Below are positions 51,511 to 63,389 of a stretch of 64,000 nucleotides of DNA, one piece after another. Positions within the stretch are counted from its first letter, which is position 1. The number at the start of each line of letters is the position of its first letter. The DNA lies in assembly GCF_018977255.1 (NCBI RefSeq), contig NW_024704742.1:96598001-96662000 (forward strand). The letters run 5' to 3'. A model generated the notes under the pieces. It was not told the DNA's origin and made no database searches. It saw nothing but the letters and a program-made list of their open reading frames with translations. A program made the position numbers and the translations under genes. Origin of the DNA: Callorhinchus milii. Its lineage: Eukaryota.

Positions 51511-52450
51511 AATGGCTTTCTGAAAAGAATAAACCACCTGAATCCCAAACTCTGATTAGGCCAGTTTGCTTGTCAGCTTGTCCTCTGCACAAACCCTGGC
51601 CAGGGATTGCCAGAAAAAAACTCAAGTAAAAATTAAAGTTTAAAATAATAAAAAGCAGACAATAAGTATACTTGGAGTTTTAGTATAAGTGCATGGTTGG
51701 GCAAGTGATGGAGAGAAAAAACGAATGAGTGAGTGAGGAGAGAGATAACCACTTTTCCTTACCTGCTGAATATAAAACTAACCAACAGAAACATCAGTGT
51801 TGAATTAAAGCAGTTAGTGTACAGCAAGAAGCCAAACATATACAGTTTGATCTATTTACCATTTTTCTAAATGTATACTATTAAGAATGTATGAAATCCT
51901 CCAAATTCTGTGTCTGTGCATATTGCATTTTGCATGCTAGACTTTGAAATACCTTTTCAATTGTATAGTCATCTCATCATAGAGAGCACAATTTGCTGAA
52001 ACATAAGTGAGTACCTAATGGATATCTAAAGAATACAAATTCACTAGCTTATAACAAGCAATATTTTTTCGTACACTTCAGTGCTTGAATAAACGTCTTG
52101 AAAATAAGTCATGAATATTATAAACCATATTACTATAAATAACAACTTAAGACAGATAACATTCAATCTTTAACATACCACGCTAAATTTAAACTCCTTC
52201 CACAATCCCCGCTAATGTTGCAAAATGTATGAGAAATAGTCATTTGGATCATTCTGGAGATCCAAAGTCAATCCTTTGAATTGGCAGCTTCCATGTTGCG
52301 GCTGTTCTGGTGAGCAAGGCAATCATCACCCAACTCAGCCGAGAACAAGTGCTTCATTTATTGCGGCAATTGATTCCTATCATGTACTTTTCCATGAAGA
52401 TTGGATTGGATTGGTTCCTGGCAAAATGGGACTGAGGGAGGGAGGGAGGT

Positions 52451-52957
52451 ACAACAACAACAACAAGATTTCATTTATAGAGCTCCTTTCACATCGGGAG
52501 GATGTCCCAAGGTGCTGGACAGTTGGGTCGGGACCGAAGCAGGGGAGAAATGGTCAGGGTGAGGGGAGGGAAGGGAGGGAGCGAGGAGGGGAGGGAAGGG
52601 AGGGAGCGAGGAGGGGGTAGAGAGTCGAGAGGGGAGCTGAAGGCACGGTTGAAGAGAAAGGTCTTGAGACCGGCCTTGAAGGAGGAAAGGGAGGAAGCAA
52701 TGTGAAGGCACTGGGGGATGGAGTTCCAGAGCCTAGGGGCTGAGAGGCTGAAGGCTCGGCCACCGATGGTAGGGTGGTTAGGGCGGGGGATGTGCAGCAG
52801 ACCAGACCCAGAGGAACGGAGGGTACGGGCAGGTAAGTAGGGGGATAGAAAGTCGGAGAGGTAAGAGGGAGCAAGGCCGTGAATGACTTTGTAGGTGAGG
52901 ATGAGGATCTTGAATTCGATCCTCTGGGGGATGGGGAGCCAGTGGAGGCGAGCGAGG
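52451..52957 (-). mobile_element. Young L2, 5'-truncated (~500 bp)
   Basis: Close reverse-complement match to 56895-57370, with (AAC)n tail. Confidence 0.95.
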
Positions 52958-53055
52958 TAAGGAAGTAGGGAGGGAAGGAGGGAGGGACGACGTGAAGGAG
53001 AGGACGGGCAATAGAGGGAATGAGAGAGGGGAAGGGGAGGGGAGATAGGGATGAG
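52958..53055 (+). repeat. Polypurine (GGGA-rich) low-complexity tract
   Basis: Directly visible. Confidence 0.7.
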
Positions 53056-53384
53056 TTCATTTTTTAGAAATCATTGTCTTATGATGTCAAACCACCTGAA
53101 AAGTTCTTCTTAGATAATTACTGCCATGTGCAGTGACTGCATCTTTTGGCAAAGGTTAGAATATAATCACAGTGAATTTCTCCAGTTTGGTTTGTGCCCG
53201 CAGTCCTTCGCACCTGCCCAACAAAATGTTGCCTTTTTTCCCCCAATTTATCTGAATTGGTTCATTTAGGACCAGTTTATAGCCTGACTTTCAGTTTCAG
53301 AACCGATTCCTAAAAGGAACTCAGAATAGTACGTCAGACATTAAATTCAAATTTATTTGTGTCAAAATTGTGGCAAAATTATTT

Positions 53385-53517
53385 GTGTCAATTCCCCCAC
53401 AAATAAACACAGTCACTCACTCCACTTTACAGTAAATCCTGTGAAGCTCTTTGAGACATCCTCCTAATGTGAAACAGGCTATATCAAATGTCATTATTAT
53501 TATTATTATTATCATTA
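53385..53517 (+). mobile_element. SINE tail fragment
   Basis: CACTTTACAGTAAATCCTGTGAAGCTCTTTGAGACATCC..(ATT)n. Confidence 0.7.
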
Positions 53518-54204
53518 TGGGTGATGTGTACTAAACTTTATTAAAATTACACACAACCAAATATATTGTACACAACCATTGTGTAATTATGAGTATTATT
53601 AAACTCGCCACTTTTATAGTGTATGCGTCTGCAGAGGGCAACACTTTGTCTGTATAATTTATGTTGTTGACAACAATGATTTCAAGCAAAATTCAGTGCC
53701 CTGAAGCTCAAGCAAGTGTTTCCATTGAAACATGATGCAAAGATACCTTTAGCTAAGTTATTATCAATGGGCCAATTTAAATCTGTTTATGCCAGACCTT
53801 TGCATTGATAATTACTAGAAATGTGTCTTCTCAGGATTCTGAGAGGGCCTCGGACTGACTTGGGAAGTTTAAAAGAGCTATTTGCTCTGGGACCTTAGCT
53901 TACTAAAACCTACAGGAAAAAAAACTGTGATGAAAATAGTTTGTCTATTTTCATAGCTTATTAAAATAATTTTACATAAGAAAGGATAGCATAGTCCCAA
54001 TGCAAAGCCATTAGGGAGCATACATAAGAGAGGAGGGAATGCAACCATGAGAGATGAGGAATAGAATGTTAAAGAGGAGAGGATTTGGAGGAGTGAAGGC
54101 TCATGTGGAGTATGAGGTCAGACTAGTTGGTCCAAATTGTTGTTTCTTTGCTGTAATGTTCTATATACCAACTCCCAGGTACCAGTAGCTGTATTATATA
54201 AACA

Positions 54205-54375
54205 ACAACAATAACTTATTATTCTTGCATTTAATGTATCGTCTTATCATGCTGTTGAAACTTCTCACAGTGCTTCACAGAATTTACTGTAGTGTAGTGA
54301 CTCTATACCAAACACAGCAGCCAATTTTTATACAGCAATGTCCCACATATAGCCATGAAGTGAATGTCCACTTAA
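54205..54375 (-). mobile_element. DeuSINE-like 3' fragment
   Basis: CAGCAATGTCCCACATATAGCCATGAAGTGAATG. Confidence 0.7.
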
Positions 54376-55351
54376 TAAGCAATCCCGTTGAAAAAATACT
54401 GCATTTTAGACCCCACAATGTGATCCACCACTGAATTGATTTGGTTCTTTTAAGAACATAAACATATTCGCTTACACACACAGACACATTCATACACAGA
54501 AACTTTTAAGAGCCCCTCGTGTTTCTACAGAAACAGGATCAGCTATTCTCCACTTTCACAATGAGGTGACTATTAACTGTCAGAGAAACTGCACACCAGC
54601 AAGGTCTCCAGAAAGGACACTCCTACACTCTGCTCACAAATATAACACACAACATACTTTCTGTGTGTTGAAATGTGAGTACAGTTCATTGTGTGTGTGG
54701 CACTGATATTTTCCAGGCCTGAGAATGTGACAATTAACTGGAGTACAAACATAAATGATAACACAAACCACATACCTCCCTCTGCATCAATGCATCCTCC
54801 TCCTCATCTTTTCCCCTCCCCTCTATGGACCACCGTGGTTTAGCTATATTACCTCCATATGCCTTATTAGTACTGCAGTCAATTTCATATTATAAGTCAT
54901 TTTATAACACAAACCTAATAAAATCACTTTGACATGAGGTCCAGTCTGGATATAAATGGAAAGCATGTGTGTTTGAAAGTCTAACACATCAGAAATATTT
55001 ATTTATCCATCACAGAGCACAACAGCGATTTATATTTAAAAACATAAGAAGTTAAACTTTTTTCAATATACGCTCAGCCTGCTTAGTTTTCTTTGTTAAA
55101 ACAAAACTATACAGGACAGTATCTACAAAGCTGTAGTCAGGGCAGCATTTGATAGAGGGCGGACTTTCAAGGGTCAACTAGCAGCATCAAAAGCTGTACA
55201 TTCTACCCAATTAGTGGAAATAGGCTTTTTATTCTAATAGTGCTATCACTTAGTGGCCCCTCTCAGCATATTACACCAGATCACTTCAGATATGCATTTG
55301 CATATTCAGTGAACTATTATTGGAAAATTAAGTTTCCTAATTGCTATATTT

Positions 55352-57270
55352 TGGCTGGACCTCCTCAAAATTTACCGCTCCACTCTAGCCTCGGCCAAGT
55401 CGTCCTTCTACTCCAGGATAATCCTGGAGGCGAAGAACAACCCCAGGCTACTGTTTTCCACCACAACCCGACTCCTCCGTCCCCCCGCCACCCCGCGCAG
55501 GTCATCTCCTCCAACCTTCACTGCGAGGAGATGCTGGATTTCCTTGAATCCAAGATCAAGGGAATTCGCTCCGCGGTCACTTCCCCTCCAACATCCACCA
55601 AACCCCCACCCCCTCATTCCTACACTCCGACTGCTACCCATCCTCCCCTACTCACTTTTGTACCCGTTTCCCCACCCTCTGTCACCAAACTCATCCTATC
55701 CCTGAAACCAACCACCTGCTCCCTTGACCCCATCCCCACTCCACTCCTTATCTCCCAGCTCCACTTTCTTGCCCCACATATCACCGACATCGTCAACCTG
55801 TCCCTCTCCTCTGGCTCTGTCCCCATTCCCTTAAAAACTGCCACCATCACGCCCACCCTGAAAAAACCCTCCCTTGATGCGTCGCAGCTATCAAGCTACC
55901 GGCCCATCTCCAACCTCCCCTTTCTCTCCAAGGTCCTGGAAAGAGTTGTCGCCTCCCAACTGCGCTCTTTCCTTTCCACCCATTCACTCTTCGAACCCCT
56001 TCAGTCAGGTTTCCGTGCTGCCCATAGCACAGAAACTGCCCTGGTCAAGGTCACCAATGATATCCTGACCATCTGTGACCAGGGCTCCCTCTGCCTCCTC
56101 GTCCTCCTCGACCTATCGGCAGCATTCGATACGGTCGACCACGCTATCCTACTCCACCGCTTGTCCTCCCACCTCAACCTTCAAGGCACTGTCCTTGAGT
56201 GGTTTAGGTCGTACCTTTCTCACCGTCTTCACTTTGTCTCACAAATGGCTTCTCCTCCACCCCCCGCACTGTCTCATGTGGTGTCCCTCAGGGCTCTGTC
56301 CTCGGTCCCCTCCTCTTCACCCTCTATATGCTCCCCCTGGTGACATCATCCGCAGACATGGAGTTAACTTCCACATGTATGCGGATGACACCCAACTCTA
56401 CCTTTCCTCCTCTACTCTCAACTCCACGACCACCGATGTCCTGACAGCCTGCCTGTCCGACATCGAGTCCTGGACGAGAGACAACTTTCTTCAGCTCAAC
56501 GTGCGAAAAACCGAGGCCCTCCTGATTGGCTCACGTCAGCGCCTCCGCACCTCAGGCGCTGACACCATCAGCATCCAAGGCTGCACTCTCCACCTCTCAA
56601 AGCCAGTCAGGAACCTCGGCGTTTTGTTCGACCCTGAGCTGTCCTTTCTCCCTCACATCCGCACCACAACTGGCACCGCCTTCCATCACCTCCGGAACAT
56701 CGCCAGACTACGGCACTACCTCACCCCTCACGCTGCTGAAACTCTGGTCCACGCCTTTATCACCTCAAGGCTGGACTATGGGAACTCTCTCCTCGCCGGC
56801 CTTCCCGGCACCTCCCTCCACAAGCTGCAGGTCATTCAGAACTCTGCAGCTCATGTACTGTCCCGCACCAGGCTTCGGACCACATCACTCCCACCCTCGC
56901 TCGCCTCCACTGGCTCCCCATCCCCCAGAGGATTGATTTCAAGATCCTCATCCTCACCTATAAGGCCATTCACGGCCTTGCTCCCTCCTACCTCTCTGAC
57001 CTACTATCCCCCTACCTACCTGCCCGTACCCTCCGTTCCTCCGGCTCCGGTCTGCTCCACATCCCCCGCCCCAACCGCCCTACCATCGGTGGTCGGGCCT
57101 TCAGCCTCTCAGCCCCAGGCTCTGGAACTCCATTCCCCAGTGCCTTCGCCGCCTCCTCCCTTTCCTCCTTCAAGGCCGGTCTCAAGGCCTTTCTCTTTGA
57201 CCGTGCCTTCAGCTCCCCTCTCGACTCTCTTCCCCCTCCTCGCTCCCTCCCTTCCCTCCCCTCACCCTGA
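55352..57270 (+). pseudogene. L2 ORF2 reverse transcriptase, truncated and frameshifted (endonuclease domain absent)
   Basis: Continuous RT homology across three frames, with shifts near 55491, 56240, 56340, 56878, 57114 and 57150. Confidence 0.9.
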
Positions 57271-57370
57271 CCATTTCCCCCTGCTCGGGTCCTGACCCAA
57301 CTGTGCAGCGCCTTGGGACGTCCTCCCGACGTGAAAGGCGCTTTATAAATGGAATCTTGTTGTTGTTGTT
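55352..57370 (+). mobile_element. L2-clade LINE, 5'-truncated, young
   Basis: ORF2 motifs [47 protein letters not shown] (56378-56389), SRLDYGN, LHWLP; 3' stem-loop and (TTG)n tail. Confidence 0.97.
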
Positions 57371-57403
57371 TTGTTTGAATTTGCAGAAAGGTTCAGATCA
57401 TAG

Positions 57404-57692
57404 CCTGGGCAGGGCAAAACCTTAGGCAAGTTTCCTTACAACACACGCCTCTGTTTACCTAGCAGTAAGTAGGAAGCTGGTTGGTGATAGATAGGTGGAT
57501 TGCTTTCTGGGGATAATAATCCCTTAAAAAAAATTGATCACTTAATCCATGACTGTTTGTGGGACACTGGTGTGCACAATTGGCTTCCACATTTGCCTAC
57601 ATAAGACACAGTCACTCTGTTTTACAATATATTCTGTGAGCACTTTGAGACGCCTCAACAACATGATGAGGCACTACATCAAATTATTATCA
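57404..57692 (+). mobile_element. SINE, long subfamily, head truncated
   Basis: GGCAAGTTTCCTTAC..CGCCTCTGTTTACCTAGCAGTAAGTAGG. Confidence 0.85.
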
Positions 57693-59859
57693 TAACCCAA
57701 GTCTATTTTTTCCCCTTTAAAATTTTCTCCCATTCCTTTCTCCTTTCCTGAAAGCATTTTGACTCATTTTTCCTTCTACTGGGATATGGTTTGACAGGTA
57801 CCAGTTATCCCTCCAGTGACAATTATTTAGGTGTGAACTTTGACAGTGACTTTCATCGAACTGAGTTGGGGCATGAGAACCGCATCCTGATACAATACTC
57901 AACTGGGACTCATGCACATACACCTACCACAAGTAGTTTGTGGAAATAGTATAATAATAATCCTGCATTTGGTAAAGCACCTTATTAGTGACTGTGTATT
58001 TCTAGGCAAATTTGTGCCCATCAATGCCCCACAAAACATTATTGGATACCAATAAACTGGAGCAGGAACCTGGCTGATTTTCTCCTCACTAACCCAAAGG
58101 CGCCAAGGCCAATTCAAATGTCCTAACTGCTCTGAATAGTGTCATTTTTTATTCCAATGTTGCTTTGGCTTTTAGAAATCACAATCGCAATTGAATGTTT
58201 CGAATAGGAATAGGGTTGACTAAGCCCAAAATCTGACTTGATATATTTGGGAAATCAGTGAAAGTTTAAATCGAGAAAAATTGATTCCCACTGCATACCA
58301 CCCAGTTTCTGTAAAGCACTCTGAGATGTTACCCTATGTGAGCGGTACAATTCCATAAGAATAATCCCTACATTTGATATAGTACCTTAAACGTCGGGTT
58401 GACATCGCAAAGGGATTCACAGGTTATAACGTTAAGTGTTCCAAAACTTTACCCACATGAAAGGCGCTATATTTATGCAAGCCGTTGTTGTTACTTAAAA
58501 GTGTTTTGTGGGTGAATGCCCACATAAATGCAAATTGTTATTATTGTAAACATTGTTTTTTGTTGTAGTTTTTTATTGTTTTGAACTACAAAATTGTTGC
58601 ACGATGTATCATTAATGAAGTGCATACGCAGCGTGCAGCAATTGACATGCATGCAACCTTACGATCCTAAAATCGGCCCTTTTTGTAGTCAAAAAGATTG
58701 CTAAAATCCATTAAAGAAGCACAAATAAGATTCAAAAATTAAGTTGAAAAATTTGAAAAGCAGCAACACTAGTTATGAAACATTGGATTTTCACCCGTAT
58801 TGTTTACTGGTGTTCTGCATTTCAAGCATCTGCAAGAAAAAGAAAAACAATAACAATATCGTGCTATAGATTCCAAAAGGTGTGAATGTGAAGACAATTT
58901 AAAAGGAAGGCCAAGGATAATTGTGGATTAAGTTACTGAACATGCTCCATTGGCAGCGTGACCCCGTCAACCAAAAGCAAGAATGTAACGAATGTGTTTG
59001 AAAGGTTAGGTTGTAAGTGTATTAATATCTTCAAATAAAACATCAATCCTCGTTTTTTTTTTAAAAAAGTATTCCTATTTATTTCAGGACTATTTATAAA
59101 ATCTGGCTGATGACTTTTATGTAGATGAAGCCATGTCCGTGGTACGAGGCAAACGGTTTTGCTGTGGCACATTTCTGGACAGCACAAGTTCTCTTAGGTC
59201 AGACAAGTTGTCATTGCTACGGTTCGTTGCTAGGTCACAATTAGCCCCATATGTTGCCATATTCAATGGATATGATTCAACAGTTTGCCCTGTCACTTTG
59301 ATAGCATAAAGCTGTACAGTGTTCAAAGAGTCAGACATCTCATTTGAATATCCAATTTGTCTCTGTGGAGTAATATAGTTATATCTCATTCAGGCAGCAC
59401 TAGATTTAGCTCTGTACTGCCCTCTTCAGTCAGCAATTGGAAGATCCTGGCTGTGATGTTCAGCTTTCCCTCAGTACAGCATCCCAGCACTAATTAAAAT
59501 GGATGGAACTTTGCTTTCAGCCCAGGGATCTCGCACTAATGAATTTGTGGAAAACAAAAGGTAGAATGCAGAGGTGCCATCAAGCTGGCCTGCGTTTATT
59601 ATAAGTATTTCTATGAATCTAATTGTAACTCATAACTGCTCATTTCCTATCATTCTCCATAAAGCATTAATCACTGTAAACGTAAAATGTTTCTGAATAG
59701 ATTTTGATTTTCCTTTTGATATTTCTTTCAAAAATTAGTAAATTGTGACTAGTTGCTCTTCAAAAAATGATGGATGTAACTTATAATAATACGAACTCGT
59801 ATTTGATAATAACAACAACATGGATTTATATAGCGTCCTTCACACAGGATAGATTCTCA

Positions 59860-60108
59860 GAGTGTATTTGATAATAGTGCCTTTCACATTCGGAGGACTC
59901 AAAGCATTTCAAAGTATATACTGTAAAGTGATTGGCTGCTGCATTTGCCTATAAAATACCCAATTTGCAAAGTCCCACAATGCCCAATTTTATCCAGGGG
60001 ATTGTTGGCCCAGACATTGGGAGAAACTCCCTTCCCTTTGCAAATATAGGATCTTTGATGTCCACCTGAGCAGGTAGATGATGCCTGGGTTTAACACGAT
60101 CCCCCAGA
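59860..60108 (-). mobile_element. DeuSINE-like fragment
   Basis: GGATCTTTGATGTCCACCTGAGCAGGTAGA..GGTTTAAC. Confidence 0.65.
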
Positions 60109-60347
60109 TAAAATTGAGCTGAGATTAAACTCATTTGAAGTTTAATATTCAGCATTTTCTAATTGGATTCCTTAATAAGAAACTAGAGGTACATTGCCCT
60201 AAACTGCTGCAACACAATCTGCTTTACTTGTGGTGTTCCCGTGAGTTGGTGTTACATGCGTGATGTGCTTCTAGTTACCAGAAGGAATTCCCACTTAGTT
60301 TCCTTTTTAGTGAGGTCCATTACAGCAATCCGTGTAATCTAGATATC

Positions 60348-60473
60348 AACCCGGCTCAGTTGGTAGCACTGTTGCCTCTGAATATGAAAGTTGTTGATTT
60401 GAGCCACACATCAGGACTTTGAACTTACGTAGTCTTGGCTGACACTCCAGTGTATTGCTGCATTGTTGGAGGG
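60348..60473 (+). mobile_element. DeuSINE-like 5' part (tRNA head)
   Basis: GGCTCAGTTGGTAGCACTGTTGCCTCTGA..GGCTGACACTCCAGTG. Confidence 0.75.
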
Positions 60474-60487
60474 CCTTTACAGGCCGC

Positions 60488-60720
60488 CTTGTAACATTCC
60501 AACCTTGATGTTCTTGAGGTCCAAGTCTAATGTCACGTACCAGGCATACTCTGGACCAGGTGCTTAATCCAGGTCCTCATGTGAGGGGCCTTGGCAAATA
60601 GACATGCCCGTTGTGAAGCCTCCACCTCCAGTGTGCTTAGCAATAAGTCAGGGTAGGCCAGAGCCCTCCCTCCCTGCAGCCACTTCCAGTGTTTGCCACG
60701 TTATGTCAAAGCATAGCATT
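60488..60720 (-). mobile_element. Possible RTE-like LINE 5' region
   Basis: Minus strand ends in GGTTGGAATGTTACAAGG (a WNV-type endonuclease start) after a GC-richer UTR-like stretch. Confidence 0.3.
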
Positions 60721-62711
60721 ATCATCCGTCTTTAATTAATGCTCACCAGAGTGGATATAATCCATTGGCAAGTTTCACTAGTAGGCAGCAGTCCAGTTTA
60801 GAAGTCCGATCAGCTTTGCGTGAGATGTTTTTGTTCAGTGTTTTTCTGTTTTCATTCTGACTGAATTGGACTGAATGAATGCTTAAATGAACCGTGGTAC
60901 GAAGATTTTCCAACTGAGTATTTTTAATCTAGAATTTGCAGATGCTGATCCAAGCATAATCTTGATCCAAGCATAACATGACAAAGTAGTTATGCCTTTA
61001 TCAAGATTTAGCTGTATTTAATATTCTCAAGCTTGGCAGAAATGGGGATTTACGCCCTGTAACTTCGCAGAGAAATAACAGGCGTAATAACATTAGCATG
61101 CTTCCAAATGGCCTTTTTACACAAAAAAATCTTTCTACAAAAGGCATGTTGTGAATCAAATATGAGCTATTGGTTAACACTACGGTGCTCTTTATAAATA
61201 TTTATGCTGCTTAAAAATCATGGTTTAAAAAGAGGGAGATGGCCCTTTAAGTTACCAGTGGTATTGCTGGGCATTTCTCTCTAGCACACAACAGTAAAAG
61301 ATCGCTCAGGCGTTTGTTTACGCCCAGGATCCATATTATAATATAATTTGTATACCCCCACAGGCACTACTCTATGCCACTGCACAAATGAATATTAAAT
61401 TGCATCCTTATGCACCAGCGAGCATTCGGCAGATGCAGAAGTCAGAAAACAGCAGAATAACACTAGCTGCAAGACATTATTAAACGTAGGCCACTGAATA
61501 CATAAAACTCATGACACAGAATCGATAGCAGGGAAAGAGAAACCACTTGTGACATCAGGGAACATAACTCACAAGTACCTCCGTGGCTTCCCATCACTAG
61601 TTTTTTTCTTTTCAAGACATGGTTCCCCCCATTCCGTTTCAGCCTTCAAGCCTTGCATATAAAGGAGAAGAATAAGCATTGTATGCTGGTCGCTGGGGGT
61701 GATCAATTACCTATTTCAATTTTGGGTGGCCTGGGCATCAATATATTTTGATCCATCTGTAATTCCACTGAAATTGTAATTGTACTTTTTGATAGGGAAG
61801 CAAAGAAAATTTCTGCAACAGTGGGATATACACTGTTTTAATTTTACACTGCACTAAGCAGTACAGGCTTGGCAGGAATTTTAGTAGTGTTCTATTACCA
61901 ATGTCAGAGGATGTCTAATCATCATTCTTCAGCAGGGCCTAGGTATTACCCTGCTTAATTAAATTTTGGCACTTGAGATTCAGAGGCCATATGTCCTCAG
62001 GAATGCCTGTTTACAAACATTCAGCCAGGAATAGCCAAGGAAACAAGAATCCAAATGCATTTTTTGTATTTTAAGCAAAGTTGGTAAAGAGTCACAGTTG
62101 AGCTTTCATTTTTATATATAACAACAAAAGGCAACAACTTGCATATACATAGCATCCCTCACACTTATAAATATCAGAGCTTTTGTGAAAAATTAAGTTC
62201 TGGAAAGAGTTGCAATTAACAGAGAAATCGCAGAGTTGTGGTGAGGAAAGTTAAACTGCTTGGTTCTAAATGGCCTAAGGATTGTTTTTTGTTGTTGCAC
62301 AACATGCTGATGCAGAGCTCAATCATACAATGGCATTTTCACAATGCAAGTGCTGTTAGCGCACATGTTGATAGACAGCGCTCTGAAGTTCTGAATTTCA
62401 ACTTTACCCAGCAGCAGCAATGTCTTTTCAAGAATAATTTCCTTCTAATATTATCCTCCATTTCCTCTGTTCATGTTTTCTGGCCCAAACGCCATGGAAA
62501 AACATATTTACTAGAAACTTTTGTTGCTGAATGATAAAGATGTGAACCATAGAAATGGACAGAATTCCATCCCCTTTGCCATTCAGAAAATTCTCTTAGA
62601 AAATGCACTCAAGAGGTGTGTATGGGATCACTACAAAGCAATCTCCATTCATAGGAATCTTTTTGGAAATTAAACTACCAAAACTGCATTGTATGCATTT
62701 TATTTTTAAAA

Positions 62712-62875
62712 ATAATTATATAATATAATAATCCTTGCATTTGATCACATCTTCGAGACGTCTCAAAGCACTTTACAGAATATACTGTGAAGTGAATTGA
62801 CTGTATATTTTGTGGGCGGAACGCGGCAGCAGCAGTGTCCCACAAATAGTCATGGATTGAGTGACCAATTTATTA
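62712..62875 (-). mobile_element. SINE 3' half
   Basis: Shared 3' module. Confidence 0.8.
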
Positions 62876-63029
62876 GCACATACATTCTTCTATAGGTTTC
62901 AAAGAATTCAAGGCATAATATCATAGCATTCGATAAAAATAGTGTTACAGTAAATTCCTGATAACTCCTGACTCCAAGGGAGAAGAGCTCAGCAACTGGT
63001 TATCCAAAGGTCAGGGATAGGGCCTTCCC

Positions 63030-63045
63030 AGGTCACGATAGGTCA
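63030..63045 (+). promoter_or_regulatory. Perfect DR4 nuclear-receptor element AGGTCA-CGAT-AGGTCA
   Basis: Exact consensus match; function untested. Confidence 0.35.
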
Positions 63046-63389
63046 GAGGCATGTAATCTGAGCATTTACGCTCTACCTCCACTGAGCACCAGCACTAATC
63101 ACAGGATAGGACGGAAGGCCTCTACAACTGGTTATCCAATCAATTTTACATTGCTTTTACCAACAAGAATTTCTAGAATGTACCAGTTATGAGTTAATTG
63201 GATGGAAAAGTAAATTCAGAATCCCTTCGTAACATTTTGCATGGGAAGCAACCGGGATATTGACACCATGGCTACTTAAGTGGTAGTGACAAGTTAAGTG
63301 TCTTGTTATCATGAGTTTACTGTATATTCATCAGTTACTGAATAAAATTGGTTTGTATCGCTGTAAGCAGCTGCTGCTCAAGCTTTGCA

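Noticed and set aside
52276..53060. Pro/Ser- and Gly/Arg-rich ORFs
   Set aside because: Off-frame and antisense readings of the L2 3' end and the polypurine tract.
55240..55351. N-terminal extension of the 367-aa ORF
   Set aside because: AT-rich flank read into the L2 by chance; L2 homology starts near 55352 in another frame.
60947..60977. Short tandem duplications (also about 4994, 9664, 50746)
   Set aside because: Ordinary slippage duplications with no further structure.
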